Part shown: piece after piece, positions 1-14,140 of the stretch
Layout of the letters: each line of letters begins with the position of its first letter
Numbering within the stretch: the stretch's first letter is position 1
NCBI GenBank assembly: GCA_951406725.2
Contig: OX597837.1
Span: forward strand, 46,500,001 to 46,564,000
DNA: 64,000 nucleotides
Origin: Octopus vulgaris
Taxonomy: Eukaryota
Direction: 5' to 3'
Program-made: the position numbers and the translations under genes
The notes under the pieces: generated by a model
Told to the model about the DNA's origin: nothing
The model's input: only the letters and a program-made list of their open reading frames with translations
Database searches by the model: none

Positions 1-274
1 GTCAAACAAACTGTATCAATAATTTCAATGGGTCACAATTGTTACACATGACATGTTGCTATTGTTTTTGTACGGCATTTCTCACAGTTCTACATTTACA
101 CTTGAAATCCGACTTGCCTAACTCTGCCTGAGAATTGCATTAAGGTTACAAATATTTGTGAAATACTTAGACTTGTACTCTGTAATTCAGTGAGGTGGTG
201 GTTCTGTTGATCAAAAAGAATACTCCTCACTAAACTAACAGAGAATTGATTTTACCATCTGTCCGTCAGCTTAT

Positions 275-495
275 CCCTTAAGCATTCAGATTACTCTATC
301 AAATGTAATGCTTATTTGTTCACATTGTTATAAATAAATCAGGCATTGTCTCATAACTTCAAGATTTCAAACAATGTGATTGTTTATTTTTTAGAATGAC
401 AATGTAGGATAGGTGTGAGAAGCCAGATCTGGTTGGTTGAACATAAAGCAGGTAGAATATTTGGGAGGGACATAGCTGGTTTGAATGCTAAAGGG
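275..495. mobile_element. piggyBac-type MITE
   Basis: CCCTTAAGCATTCA...TGAATGCTAAAGGG flanked by TTAT/TTAA; related copies at 37437-37650 and about 53960-54160. Confidence 0.75.
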
Positions 496-1246
496 TTAAG
501 GGTGTATGTCATTGTATACCTTTATTCCTTTCTATTCCACCAAACCACTGCCCTGGGACGGGACTTCATTTATCTCAGTAGAATGTGAACGCAGAACACA
601 TAGAACCAGAACAAATACTGCAAACCATTCTAATACTATGCCATTTCACTGCAACATATAAATGTTTGTATGGATATACAATATAGATTAACAATATAGA
701 TTTGTTGACTGTTGGCAAATAAGTGCCAGTTGTTTGTTTGTATGTTATACACATTTCACTTCATTTATATTGATAATTTTGATGCAGTTGCTGTTGATTC
801 CATCTTATATCGATGGAATGTAGTGCTATATTATCCAATGTATCTTTCCTTTTGTTTTTAAGACACTATTATGTGATTTGACAGAGAACAGGCTGTTCTT
901 TCCGACAACTCCAGTGATAATGTAGAGATCCCTTTGTTAGTTCATATTCGGGCAATTGGTGTGATTCAGAGTTTGAATTTCAGTTGGCTGAAGATTATTG
1001 CACAACACAACAGGAAGAAAGGGATTTAGAGAGAATTGTAAATTAAAGTTTTGATGAAGTGAAAATATTCATTACCACTCTGTTGCAAACATTCAGACCA
1101 ATGAGAACTTCATATCCTAATGTATTGCTTAACACTAGAGCAACCCACAAGTCATAGTTTCTTCTCCCATCCTCTTTCCTCTTCCAGTCATAGAATACCA
1201 GCAAAAAAAAATGTAATGGACACTACCCAACCCCATCTTACATAAC

Positions 1247-1608
1247 CAGTGGTCCTCAAGTTTTTATGGTGCATTGAATGTCAGCTAAAAAAATTTGCTG
1301 GTGCACTTAGCAGATTTCATGCTATGTAAAAAAAATTACTAGCATGTTTTGCTTAGAAAATCTTTTTTTAAAAAGCTGTCTTCGAGTAAAAAATTTTTTT
1401 CAAATACAGAAAACTATTCCTTACCTTTTTTTTTTTACATTAATCATACCTTCATGATGCAAACTTATAAATAACACATTCTTCATGATGTGCACATATT
1501 AATAAGGATTTTCCAAAGCCTTAAATTATATTTGTTAAAATCTGTGACACACCTTGATAGTATTTGCAGCACACCAGTGCACTGTAGTGCACAGTTTGAA
1601 AATCATAG
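1247..1608. mobile_element. Old hAT MITE
   Basis: CAGTGGTCCTCAA...TTTGAAAATCATAG decayed TIRs; no clear TSD. Confidence 0.5.
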
Positions 1609-2695
1609 ATTAAATTACAAAGGTATTTAATTACAATTGTTTATGCTTTGGAGGTCAATCTTATACCCCTACTTTGCAGGTTAGTAACCTTGTACCAGTG
1701 TGGGGAGTCAATTATATAATCTACCTGAAGATAGTTTTGTGATCTGACCATGTGTTTCTGCACAAGATATACTTATTTACAGCTAAATGGACTGAGAAGG
1801 AATTTAGTGTCTTGCCCACTGGGCACTCTTGAAATGTCAATTCTTTTGATTAGGAGACGGCTTATCTTATGGAGTAAACCAGCTGCAACTTTATACTGCT
1901 AATTAATGAATATGATTTATAATTGTCACTATGTATGACAATATTTAAATATCTCATTCCTCAAAGCAAATAAAATTACCAAACTCTTTCACAAACTCTC
2001 TTCTGGATTAATTTTTACTAATGCAGGTTTTTATGGAATCCAGGTTTTACTAAATAATAAATGCCTTGGTTCGAAGATAATGGAAGTTTTGGCAGTGATT
2101 TTTATTATTGTACATGTCATGTCTTCCTTCACACAGTATTTTTCTTAGCAAGGCTCTACAAAGACATTCCAAGTGGATCTATAACAATCTTGTCAGTAAG
2201 TAAAATGCATAGATGAAAAAATCTAAAACTTTTAATATTTACAGAAATGGATTAGTGTTTTTTTTTTTTTGGCCTTCGTTTATGATACTACCTAATTGGA
2301 TACAGTTTGCAGTAGCATCTAATTAACTACAAAATAATGAGAAAAGAGAGGATGAAGAAAACGACTTTTCATTAGCTTGGTCGGTTATTAGTGGTTTGGA
2401 TGGGTTGGGGTAATATAAAAGACTTCTCTGTGACAGATCATTAGAGCCATGCTTCCTAATGCAGAGGGGTTACTTTTTCTAAAACCTCAAAGTTACATGT
2501 CAAAAAAATGTCAATATATCTTCTTCTTTCTCTAACAGTAAATAAACATTGATTATGTACATAGCACAAGAATAAGATTTCATAATGTTTATGCCTGGAT
2601 CTATGACAGCTTATTTTTCTCAGCCAAGACTACAGCATCAGCAACAAGTTGTGCTTCTCTATCACTTAAATGATACCAAATTCTTCACTCTAAAG

Positions 2696-2925
2696 TAGTG
2701 GTTCCCAAACAGGGTCTATATAAGATTTTGCCATTGAAATTTATTTGCAATAAATTGGTTATGCTTCTACAATATAACAAAATGGTTTAAATTTTTAATA
2801 CACTTTCTTATATCTAATTTTAAAAATATAATATAATTCTTTAAACACTGAATGGCTAGGAGAGTCCACCCAAGTAAAATAGCAATCAAAGGAGTCCATA
2901 GGTTAAAAATGGTTGAGAAGCATTA
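2696..2925. mobile_element. hAT MITE
   Basis: TAGTGGTTCCCAA...TTGAGAAGCATTA; TSD CTCTAAAG / GTCTAAAG (7/8). Confidence 0.75.
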
Positions 2926-4608
2926 GTCTAAAGTGTTCAAGTCTGGCTATGAGATATCCTTAGGAATGGAATAAGCCAGTTGGTACAGCTGTTTGGATGT
3001 TGATGGTTTGAAATGGTGGCACCAAAATGGTTGTGGCCAAACATCTCCTGTGCCTCTGGGAACATAGCTATTGATGACTGAATGCACAGCAATCAGTACA
3101 ACCTCTACTCTACATATGAGTTCAAACCCTGTGTAGGTCGGTTGCAATAAGGGTGTATACATTTGTTGTTGTAGTAACCAAGGGTGGCTTTTTTTTTATT
3201 TGTTTTTGCTTTTTTACTAGTTAGAGTAAAATCTAATTTCTTTGAGGAGGTTTTCTAGTACCTTCCACACGGAGCAGCCTGTCTCATGCCAGTGACACAA
3301 CTAAAGCATCCAGTTCACACAGTAAGACATGCACAACAATGAAGTTGGGTGATTTTTCTCTGTCACTGGTTGAGTTAGATGATGCAGACAATGATGTGAC
3401 AAGATATTGTAAAGACTCATCTAACCCCTACCAGCATGGAAAAATAATTATGAGGAAGATGAAGAACAGCTCCAATCATCACAAACAGATTCTCACTTCA
3501 AACATCACAAAATTGAGAGAACCTCTATATATTTGCTCAGACTGTTAGAAACAGAAGCTAAATCTCCCTTAAATAACAATTAACCAAAGGAATGGGCACA
3601 TTAGATGTACGAAAAGAGAAAAAAAACAGGATGGTCACAATTGGAAAGTCCACTGGATCAAGGCTAACCTGCAGGCTAAACAACACCACAACCACCACTC
3701 AACTTATAAATTATTTGCAAGGACTTACAAGTTTGTTTTTTATTCTTTATTTTTTCCTGGTTGGTGGGAGGTTTCTCACATTTAAAGGTTAAAGCGAAAC
3801 TAAACTATGAATCGGGCAAGTATTTGAATTAACATTATATTTTGTAACTAATAACATCGACTGGGAATAGAAGATTATCAGAAACTGATAAAAAAGAGAA
3901 AAAAGACAACATGCACCAACATAAAACCACACCACACACACACACACACACACCATCACCTCAACCCCACAAAAAGCAAAAAGATACCCAAGATCTAAAC
4001 ATGGATCTAACACAATGGAGACAGTTGTCACAGATATCAACCTACTAAATATTGTTTGCAAAGACAATCCAGCAGAGAGAGAGACAGACAGACAGATAAT
4101 GAGGGGGAGACAGAGGTAGGGAGTGGAGGTGCATTGCAAAGGTCAGTCTATGACCAAAAGAAAAGAGTTTATCGATTGACAGTGGTTGTTGATTAGTGCA
4201 AAATAAGGAATAATAGCCTCAGCTGGGGGGTGGGGGAGAAAAAGTGATGGCTGGGGGAGTCAGGCAGTTGACATTATCAACAAGTATTCAGTATTTCAAT
4301 AAAATCCAAGAAAGCTCCTCAATGTTTTGAAGATGAGAGAAGAGAACACAAACAAACAAACACCCAAACAGATAAATGAATGCAGCAAATTTCCAAGTGT
4401 TGCTGTGTGGTTAAAAAAATGAACGTCCCAGTATGGAATTCTGGGTTCAGTCCCACTAAGTAGCACCTGGGGTAATGTGTCTTCTACAAAAGCCTTGGAT
4501 CAACAAAAGCATTATGAGTGGATCTGACAGAAGAAAGCTGAAAAATGCCAGTTACATATATGCATGTACATAGGTATATCTATGTGTACATATGCATGTA
4601 TGTATGTA

Positions 4609-4864
4609 GTGCCGGTGGCACGTAAAAATCACCATCCGATCGTGGTTGTTTGCCAGCCTCGTCTGGCACCTGTGCCGGTGGCACATAAATAGCAGCCACT
4701 ACACTCACGGAGTGGTTGGCGTTAGGAAGGGCATCCAGCCGTAGAAACATTGCCAGATCAGACTGGGCCTGGTGCAGCCTTCTGGCTTCCCAGATCCCAG
4801 TTGCACCGTCCAACCCTTGCTAGCATGGAAAGCGGACGTTACACGATGAAGAAGATGATGATGA

Positions 4865-4868
<4 letters not shown>
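4609..4868 (+). mobile_element. Repeat family B
   Basis: Two units plus core and (GAT)n tail. Confidence 0.8.
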
Positions 4869-4896
<28 letters not shown>

Positions 4897-4899
<3 letters not shown>

Positions 4900-5423
4900 G
4901 CTATCATCAACCTGGATAGAAAAATTTGTCTTTTGGAGAATTTCCACAATCTTCTCCTCAACAAAATTAGACATTTCATCCTGTCTTCTTGTAATTGTGT
5001 TATTTGAAAGTAGAGTAGATGCAGCATCTTTTCTCAGAACCTCATTTGCACAAGCTATCATAGCAGGCTTGACACGTTTCTCAACATAAATCTGAGGTGC
5101 TGTAACCTTGGCAATAATTTCAGAAACCAAATAACTTGGTTTGAGTGTCTTAGCTTTTTCAATATTCATCTTCTTTACAAAGTCAGGCAGTTTGATTGGC
5201 TGTATTTTCTTTTCATTCTCAAAATATTCCCTTCTTTACCAACAGATGATGGATGCCTTAATTTCTGGTGCTGCACCAGCTTAACTTTCTTCGTGGAATG
5301 ATTTGTCATGATGGCATCACATTCAAGACACACAGGTTTTGAGTCTACAGATACAAAACCAAACATGATAAAATCTTCTTTGTAGTTCCTCAGTTTTGCC
5401 TTTTTAGCAATTGGTTCAGACAT
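4897..5423 (-). pseudogene. hAT (Buster/Charlie-type) transposase N-terminal remnant
   Basis: BED-finger-like YKEDFIMFGF...PVCLEC...KLVQHQKLRH, then after a frameshift SYLVSEIIAK...LSNNTITRR...FSIQVDDST. Truncated at (TA)n. Confidence 0.85.
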
Positions 5424-5704
5424 TATTACAACTGATCTTTAAAAAATAAAAATAATAAATACTTTATTTCTATAAATTAAAAGTATCAAATTTATTATTA
5501 AACAATATTGTATAGAGATATATTAATTATACCAAATTTATTCTGAAACTGTTGTGATTGTAAAATTTAAATTATGTAATTCTTGATTGTAATATATTAT
5601 TGATTATATATTATACATTATTGATTCTTATGGAATAATTATTGAATTTTGTTGTGTCTGGGGAGAGTCACTTTCTTTTTGTGCCTTATAATTTAACACA
5701 CTCA

Positions 5705-6220
5705 TTTTTGGGGTTCAAAAGGCATTGTGTTTACTGACTATCTTTAAAAGGGCCACAACATCAATGGAATGTACTATGCCAACTTGCTGAGGCAGTTTCG
5801 AAAGGCTATCAAGACAAAACACCCAGGGAAACTGACGAAAGGGATCTTGTTTCATCAGGACAATGCTCCAGCAAACAAGTCCTTGCTTTCAATGGTTGCT
5901 GTGCATGATTATGGCTTTCAGTTGGTCAATCATCACCCCTATTCTGATTTGGCCCCATATGACTATCAGCTGTTCCCCAACATGAAAAAAACATTTGGCT
6001 GGGAATCATCATTGCAGAGATGATGATGTCATATCTGCTGCTGATGGCTTTTTTTACCAACAGAATGAAAGCTTCTTCACCAATGGGATCCATGCATTCT
6101 AACAACAATGGAAGGAGTGTGTAGGCCACAAGGGAGACAGTGTTGGAAAATACACCTCATCTGGTCACATTCCATGAGAATATCTTAGTCGGCCTATGAA
6201 CTTTATAACGACTCTTGAAT
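5705..6220 (+). pseudogene. Mariner transposase C-terminal remnant with 3' end
   Basis: YYANLLRQF...ILFHQDNAPAN...HHPYSDLAPYDYQLFPNMKK (HDNA and YSPDLAPxD motifs), with stops and frameshifts. Confidence 0.9.
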
Positions 6221-6740
6221 GTCATCTCTGTTTGTCAACCACTTTACAGAGTGTAGTGGGTGCGTTTTAAGATGACACCAGCACTAGTGAGGTTGTTTTG
6301 TACCTTGCAAGTTTTAATGCAATGCCTCCATTTCATTCAAGGTAGTGTGAACAGATGAGAGAGCAACAACAGAAGGACCAGGGCAAGTGGGTGAAGCAAG
6401 AAATAGAGTGATGAAAGAGAGAGGTTATTTTTTTCTTAAGATGCTCAGAGACTAGAGAAATTGAAGATTTTTCATGTAGGTATTGACTTATAAAGGTTTG
6501 AGAGAAACATTAACGGCATCAATCTGAATAGGCTAGGGGGCTATGCAAAGGTCACGAGCATTCCTGTTGACCCAGCAAAGAAAAAAATGTTGACAACTGC
6601 AGGAAAAACACGGATGGAAACACAATTCAAGAGAGTTGGTGCTTTGGGAAAGGAAGTACTGGACATGGGTTTTTTAATGCAAGACCCAGAAAGGAAGATG
6701 TATATGTGACAAAAAGAGAGACAAGTGTATCGTGTATATT

Positions 6741-6865
6741 AGAACATCTAATATGATTGTTCCATCAGAATATCTAATAGTGTTCTATCAGAATATCTAA
6801 TATGATTATTCCATGAGAACAGCAAATATGATTATTGGGTTAGAACAGCAGATATAGTTATTGCC
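6741..6865. repeat. About 26-bp minisatellite, 5 decayed copies
   Basis: AGAAYATCTAATATGATTRTTCCAT units. Confidence 0.7.
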
Positions 6866-8480
6866 TTCAAACAAGGATGATTATCAGAAAATATGCTAAT
6901 TAAAATACAGTGTAGAAAGAAAAAGAAAATGTAGGTTAATTGAAGTTAATATAGGTTAATAGTCTCATCACAGAAATACTAATTAACTATATATCTATTT
7001 ATTCATTTATATAACATACAAGTGAAATAAATAGAAACAAATATCAAATGTTTCGCTTTTTTTCTCACTTAATCTGTAATCGTGAAATGCTATTGCCATG
7101 GTAGTTTAGCCCCAGGTCAGCCTTGATTAAAGAGACCTATGGTCAAAGGTGGTCAAGCATTGGTCTTCCCGTTTATTTTAAAGTATACAATATGCAAGAT
7201 TACGTTATCTTATGTCCCTATATCATTTATTTCTAGCAGGTCTAGCAACCATATAGAGGCCCACTTAATGGTATTTTAATCTGAGGCTGGCATATAAGTG
7301 TTACAAATTAACATTAATGACTTTGGGGAAGTTGTTCTATTCATTCCTTTCTCAGAGTAAATTAAGTGAAATCTAGAAATCAAACTGGAAGCCAAACGAA
7401 ACTGGGAATTAAGCCAACATAGGAGCCTCTATATGGCTGCTCAGCTGGCTAGACATAACAGCCAGACTGTTGTCAAATCAACATGCCCACTGTTGTTTTG
7501 AAAAGAACACATTGGAAAATGTAGTCCTAGATACACAGCAAAACATGGAGTGCTGAAACAAGACAACAAAAACAACTCTATAGTCATGGCTGAAATACAT
7601 ACAAATCATAGGTCTGATCCATTGGGGTTAACCGAGGGTTAAACAATAAAGTAATGACTAGATCACCTATGATCATAGGTATACTCAGTCAAGGATAACC
7701 TGGGGCTAAACAACATCAATATAGTAATGACTGGAACACTTTTGATCAAAGTGACCATAGGTCTGCACAGTCAGAGCTGACCTAAGGAATAGAACGAAGG
7801 TGGAAAATTGGCGGTCATGAAAAAGTTGGGATGAATTCTTCACAGGATTTGTTTTGACTCTCCGTGTTCTGAGTCCAAATCCCACCAAGAACAACTTTGC
7901 CTTTCATCCTTTTGGGATTGATAAAATACAGCAATCCAGGATAGTGGATTGGTGGAATTGTCAGAGGGCCAGGTGAGATGCTTTGCCATTTTCATTCCAG
8001 TTCTGACAGTAATGCATGCAACAACACTGGTGCCAAGCTGTATTGGCCCACGTCAGTGACCTTTTCCTTGGATAAACATCAATAGCATGGAAAGTGGAAA
8101 CTTGCATGCTTGGGCAATCTCTAATCTTCCTAAATAAAAAAAAATTTCCCAGGCCTGCACATAAAATCAGCAAATGCTTAGTCAAACAGGGCAGCAAGTT
8201 GACAGTTTATTGGAAACTTTCCACTAAAGTATGGTAATTTTCTCCTCGGATATTTTTTATCTTTTACTTATTTCAGTCATTGAACTACGGCCATGCTGGA
8301 GTGACTCCTTGAAGGGTTTAGTCAAACAAATTGCTCCCAGTACTTGTTTATTTTATAAGCCTGATACTTATCCTTTTCTTATGCCAGACAGATAAGTTAC
8401 AGGGACATAAACCAATACCAGTTGTTGAGCATTTGCCTGCATGGAAACAAACACAAGGACACACATACATTTTATATAGA

Positions 8481-8810
8481 CTAGCAGGACCCGTGAACAT
8501 TTCACAGAATAAATGTTAAACTTATTGGGTTATTTCTGTAAACTTTATGCAAGAAACCTGAAAGCAGAGCCTGTGTTGTGTCTGTATGGAAAGACAGTCG
8601 CTCATCTACTATTCATTGAAAAGTGAAGGAAATTGGAATACAACGATTACTTAATTCACTTTATATACTTTATGCACAATTTTACAGACTTAATACACAG
8701 CACTCTCCCACTTTCTCTCTCACTCTTCACCGTACCCTCCTTTTCTCTCTCTTTTTTTCTTTAGCTCTTTGTCTTTCCCTTCAACTAATCCCGTGAAAGT
8801 GTTACGGATA
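8481..8810 (-). mobile_element. Possible Helitron 3' end
   Basis: Minus strand hairpin TGAA...TTCA followed by CGGGTCCTGCTAG|T. Confidence 0.4.
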
Positions 8811-9577
8811 GGCTAAGTAACTGAGGAAAAAAAAGATTTAGTTAAAAAAAGAATTACTCATTTCCCACAGGATTTGAATTCAGAAAACAGACAACATGAC
8901 TAAATCCAAAAGACATTTCATTCAGCTCCACTACCTTCAAGTTTATCACAAAGAAGTTGATATTACACTAATCCATATATTAACTGAAATTGAAGATCCA
9001 TTTATTAATTGAAAATAACAATTTCTAAATCTAGCACACCACTGCAATTTAGGATAGGGAAATATAGTTGAGTTAATTAACGTCAATACTTAAGAGATAC
9101 TTAAATTATCAAACCTAAAGTTAATTACAACAGGATTTGAAGCACAGCTAACTATGACAAGGCAATTTACCAATACTGCTGTTATACCATTTGTGTTTTA
9201 CCTAAAAACATTAACCCTGTAGCAAGAATATTCAGCAATTACCCAATGTCATAGTTCACTAGAATATTGCCTATTTGATCAACAAAATCTGACCAATCAC
9301 CTGAAGTTGTGATTGGCCAGATTTCAACAGACTCCAGTATTCTCCTTCATACAACCCTTTACATACCAACACCTGAGACAACCTATTCTAATGAGTTCAT
9401 ATTTAAATTAAAATATTGATTAAAATCTCATAACTATTTTTATTTTTTTCATTTTACATCTGCTTTCTATGCTTGTATGGCTGACCACAGTCCAAATCAG
9501 TTCTTATTTGAAGTTAATGCTCCTCCTCTAGATGACTTGGAGAACAGGTCTCACTCATACACTCCAATTCGTTATAG

Positions 9578-9778
9578 CAGTGGTTTTCAACCAGGGTTCC
9601 GCCAGTACAGTCCAGGGGTTCCGCAAGAAGTTACAAAACTGTTAAAATCGGCAGTAATTTTTTATTCTCCTGTGCAGATATGTTTGCATAAGACTATTAA
9701 ATTATTGCACAGGGGTTCCTCGAGCCAGTGGAATGTTTCCTTGGGGTTCCGCTCCAGCAAAAAGTTTGAAAAGCACTG
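9578..9778. mobile_element. hAT MITE with perfect 8-bp TSD
   Basis: TIRs CAGTGGTTTTCAA / TTGAAAAGCACTG; TSD CGTTATAG at 9570-9577 and 9779-9786. Confidence 0.9.
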
Positions 9779-10280
9779 CGTTATAGTCTCTACAGCTGGA
9801 TATGATATTTCAATTGGTCAACACAAGTTTCATTTACCAATATATAAAGTTATAGATATTTCACTAAACTACTTCAAAATCTTGATTATACGGAATACTG
9901 AACACGTATGTTGTCTATTCATTAGAAACATACCATAAAAGCTGTTATTTGTTACACTTCTCAACTTTTGGGGACCTAAATTATCTTAAAAACTTTATAT
10001 ATATATATATAATACCATGAGTAAGACAGTGTTTAACAATTGTTTCAAGTGTAGATAATCTACATTAATCCAGTATAGTAGTTTTCTAAAAGTTTCATTT
10101 TATTAAAATATATTGATATGTAGGCACAGGCATGATTGGTGATAAGAAGTTTGCTTCCAAACAACATGGTTTTAGGTTCAGTCCCACTCTTGGCACCTTG
10201 GACAAGTATCTTCTATTATAGCCTTAGACCGACCAAAACCTTGTGAGTGGATTTGGTAGATAGAGACTAAAAGAAGCCCA

Positions 10281-10329
<49 letters not shown>

Positions 10330-10949
10330 TGTGAGTGTGAGTGCGTCTGTCTGTCTGTCTGTCTATGTCTGTATTCACTCCATTTAGCAATTAGTTTTCA
10401 TTTGTTCACATCCCCATAACTTAGTGGTTTGGCAAACAAGACCAATAGATTAGTAAAACCCTTCAAGGTGATAACCTCAATATGGTTGAAATCTAAGGAC
10501 TGGAAAAAGTAAAAAAAAAAAATATGATGTAAAAAATAATCTAATAATGATAATGCTTTTTAATTACATTATTATGGGTCTTTTTTATAAACAATAGTGG
10601 AGGAAAAACTTTGCAACCTAATGTCATGTGTTATATGCAAAACTAATTTTAACCTTCCTTTTAGGGGACAAGAAGTGTATTAGAAATGATGTTTCATGGT
10701 AGGCACAAGAAGGTTTAGAAGAGGTTTAGCTACAACCAGAAATACAAAGAAACAGGCAAAGAAAGAAAACATAGGTTAAAGTAGTAGAAGATGGAGGGGA
10801 AGAGAGTGATGAGGCACATACCTCAGGATAAATGGTGTGCTCAGTCACATCCAACAGTAATGACCGTGGTGGCCAGCAATACTTGCTGCAGAAGCCACGC
10901 CACTTTGCTGAGTTCATTTCTTTGATGGGCTGCTGTTATTCCTATTTTG

Positions 10950-11403
10950 CAGAGGAAACCAGTTGTATGGGGTCTGAGAACACCTGAGGTTTCGATGGTG
11001 ACCAGTACAAACTGATAGTGCCCCTAAAATGTTGTCGACTTGACTCTCATAAAGTCAACTCTCTATTCCACTAAATCTCCATCTCAAATATCTATAAACA
11101 TCCTAATGAGCCAGCGAGAGAATTTGCACGTGGCTGCTCAAATGGCTAAAAATAACAGCTAAATTAACCTCAAATTCAGAGGAAACCAGTTGTATGGGGT
11201 CTGAGAACACCTGAGGTTTCAATGGTGACCAGTACAAACTGATAGTGCCCCTAAAATGTTGTCGACTTGACTCTCATAAAGTCAACTCTCTCTTCCACTA
11301 CATCTCCATCTCAAATATCTATAAACATCCTTATGAGCCAGCGAGAGAATCTGCATGTGGCTGCTCAAATGGCTAAAAATAACAGCTAAATTAACCTCAA
11401 ATT
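10950..11403. repeat. Tandem duplication, 2 x 227 bp
   Basis: 10950-11176 and 11177-11403 differ at 6 positions by eye. Confidence 0.95.
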
Positions 11404-13381
11404 ACACTCCCACCATTTAGAAAAAGGGAAGGTCACATTAGATAATGTAGTCTTAGGTACACAGCAAAGGTCAACAAGGTCATTACTCGAACACCTCACC
11501 TGTAATTATAGGTTTACTCAGTCAAAGCTGACCTGGAGTTAAACAACAGCATGATCCTAATACTTGCTGAGTAAGAGCTGATCTGGAATCAGACAATATT
11601 TTGAAAGCTGGAATACTTTGATCAGGTCAGCCCTGCTCATGTCAGGGCTGACCTGATCAAGGCTGCATTAAAAAACAACAACAACACTTTTAACCCCTAT
11701 CATATAATATGACAGCTGGAAGGATTAATATATTGATATCAGGGTTTCTAATTACTGTTAGATATATTTGTACAAATCATGAGTGAACTTCAGCAGCTGA
11801 AACAATGAACTGAAAACAATTTAATTGTATAAAACAATCAGTAAAAGTTAATTAAAAAAAACAAAAACCAAATAGAACAATTACTAAAAACACAAAATTT
11901 AAAGAAAAAAAAGGATTAATACTGTAAAAAAATTAGTCTTAGGTTTTGTTTTCAAAGATTAATTTTCTTATTTATTTTATTACTTATGTTTTAAGGACAT
12001 AAATGCCTCAATGTCTGAGCTTAATTGTTAGTAAGACTACGTATGTTTGTTTGTTTTTTTTTTATTATAGACTGTGAACATCATCGTTAATGATGGAAAA
12101 TCTTTTTACTGTACAAGTGACATCTGGTCCTCCAACTCATCTAAGGAGACAAGAACTCTGAATAAGACCCTACTCAAACTATGATGACCCTTCCAACCCT
12201 TCCTGCATGGAAAACAAATGTAAAATGATAATGATGATGACATCAGCACTGTCTTTCACCAGTTTGATCTGTAATCATTCCCATGTATTGTGTTCCTAAT
12301 GGCCTGAACTCTTTGCATGAACACCCTCCCTGTACATAACTCCATGTCCCCCCTACATGGCCTTGCTTTTTGTTTTTTGAGCCAAAAAATTAACTTAACT
12401 TAACTATATACAGAGTACCAGGCTATATTTGAACTATCTAAAGATAATAACACTTATCAATGAGGCTATTGATATATGCTTCAATCAGTTTCATGCTTGG
12501 TCATCATTTGGTATCTTATTCCTGGATTAATACAGAGTACCAAATTAGGATTAGGAATTTTTATTTTTAAAAACTAAGATTAACTATCCTATTATCCATT
12601 GGACCACTAACACATCTCGTTGCATCTTAGCTATTTTACATTCAGCTAAATTTTGTGCAACTAAAGCTATACACATTTCACAGCATCTTCATTTAACATC
12701 GCAAAGTCAGCAGAAATACGTGGTTCTTGCGTTTGAAACAACAGGTGCTTTGTAGTTATTTTGGATCTGTGTCACACGGTGTCATTGGTGAAGCTCTATT
12801 TCACGCTTTTAATAGCACCGTAGCTCTACTAAACCAAAGTTCTTAAGATGGATTAAAGCATTTCTATTTTGCCAAGCTTCTGTCTGCATCAGATCATAGC
12901 CGTTGACTTGCTACAGTTTCTATTGTATTGTTTTATTTCCTTTCTATAAACACATATAAATTGGTTTATTGAATTCATTAAATGAGAACTTTGCTAAATA
13001 ATAAATAGAGTCAATGTCTGTAACACTAGAAAGCAACGACTATATTAAAAAAAAAAGAAAAGCTGAATGTAAATTATATTTGTCCTTGACAGAACAATAC
13101 GAACGGAGGAAAGAGAAGCCTTTTTCTATTTCAAAGTCAATAATTAAAAGCACATATAACTACAGCAGTCTAATCAAGGAGAAGGACCAGAAATTTGAAA
13201 CTCTACAGCCTATTCTGAGAATGTGCAGGCTTCAGCAGCAGCAGCAGCAGCAACTAGGTTAGCAAGAGAATTCAATGTTGATGGGGATTGTTTGATAAGA
13301 GGAATTAAAAGCTAAATAAAGAGACTGGCAAATACATTGTATATATATATATGTGTGTGCATGTATGTATGTATGTACAAC

Positions 13382-13418
<37 letters not shown>

Positions 13419-13512
13419 ACACGCACGAGTATTTATTATATTAGAAGTAAAATCAAAACAAAGGCAGAATGAGTATCTCAAATCATTTAGAATTTAATGA
13501 GGGCAAGGTGAA

Positions 13513-13556
<44 letters not shown>

Positions 13557-13611
13557 GAAATATTATATTTCTAAATATCTCATAGAGATATGTGCGGTGG
13601 TGGAGCGATAG

Positions 13612-13780
13612 AGTGGTTGTATACTGTCAACTTAACGTGACAGTCCCGTAAAGGGAATTATATTATAAGGACACAGGAAATGTGTCAAGGCCGACAGGAA
13701 GCGTCGATGCTTCCTAGGGCTAAATAGCGGTGGTGTGATTCCCTTTACGGGACTGTCACGTTAAGTTGACAGTATACAAC

Positions 13781-13784
<4 letters not shown>
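13612..13784. repeat. Perfect 47-bp inverted repeat, 79-bp spacer
   Basis: 13612-13658 is the exact reverse complement of 13738-13784. Confidence 0.95.
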
Positions 13785-13852
<68 letters not shown>

Positions 13853-14140
13853 TAAATTAGAGATATATATATATACGGCTGTGTGGTAAGAAGCTTGCTT
13901 TCTATCCACTTGGTTCCGGGTTCAGTCCAACTGCATGGCACCTTGGGCAAGTGTTTTTTTACTATAGCCTCAGGCCAACCAATAATTAATAGATGATAGG
14001 CAAAAAGAACCTGTACATTGGTTATATAAATGCTGTTTGGTACTATAGGAGAAAGCTGTATCATCAGAGGATGCTAAAGATTTCCAGTTGACAGTTGGTG
14101 AAAGGCATATAAAACAGTGTATGCAAAATATAAAACCTTA

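Noticed and set aside
10821-10941. Minus-strand exon candidate ending GAG|gtatgt
   Set aside because: Weak acceptor, stops in all three frames from that acceptor and no recognisable protein.
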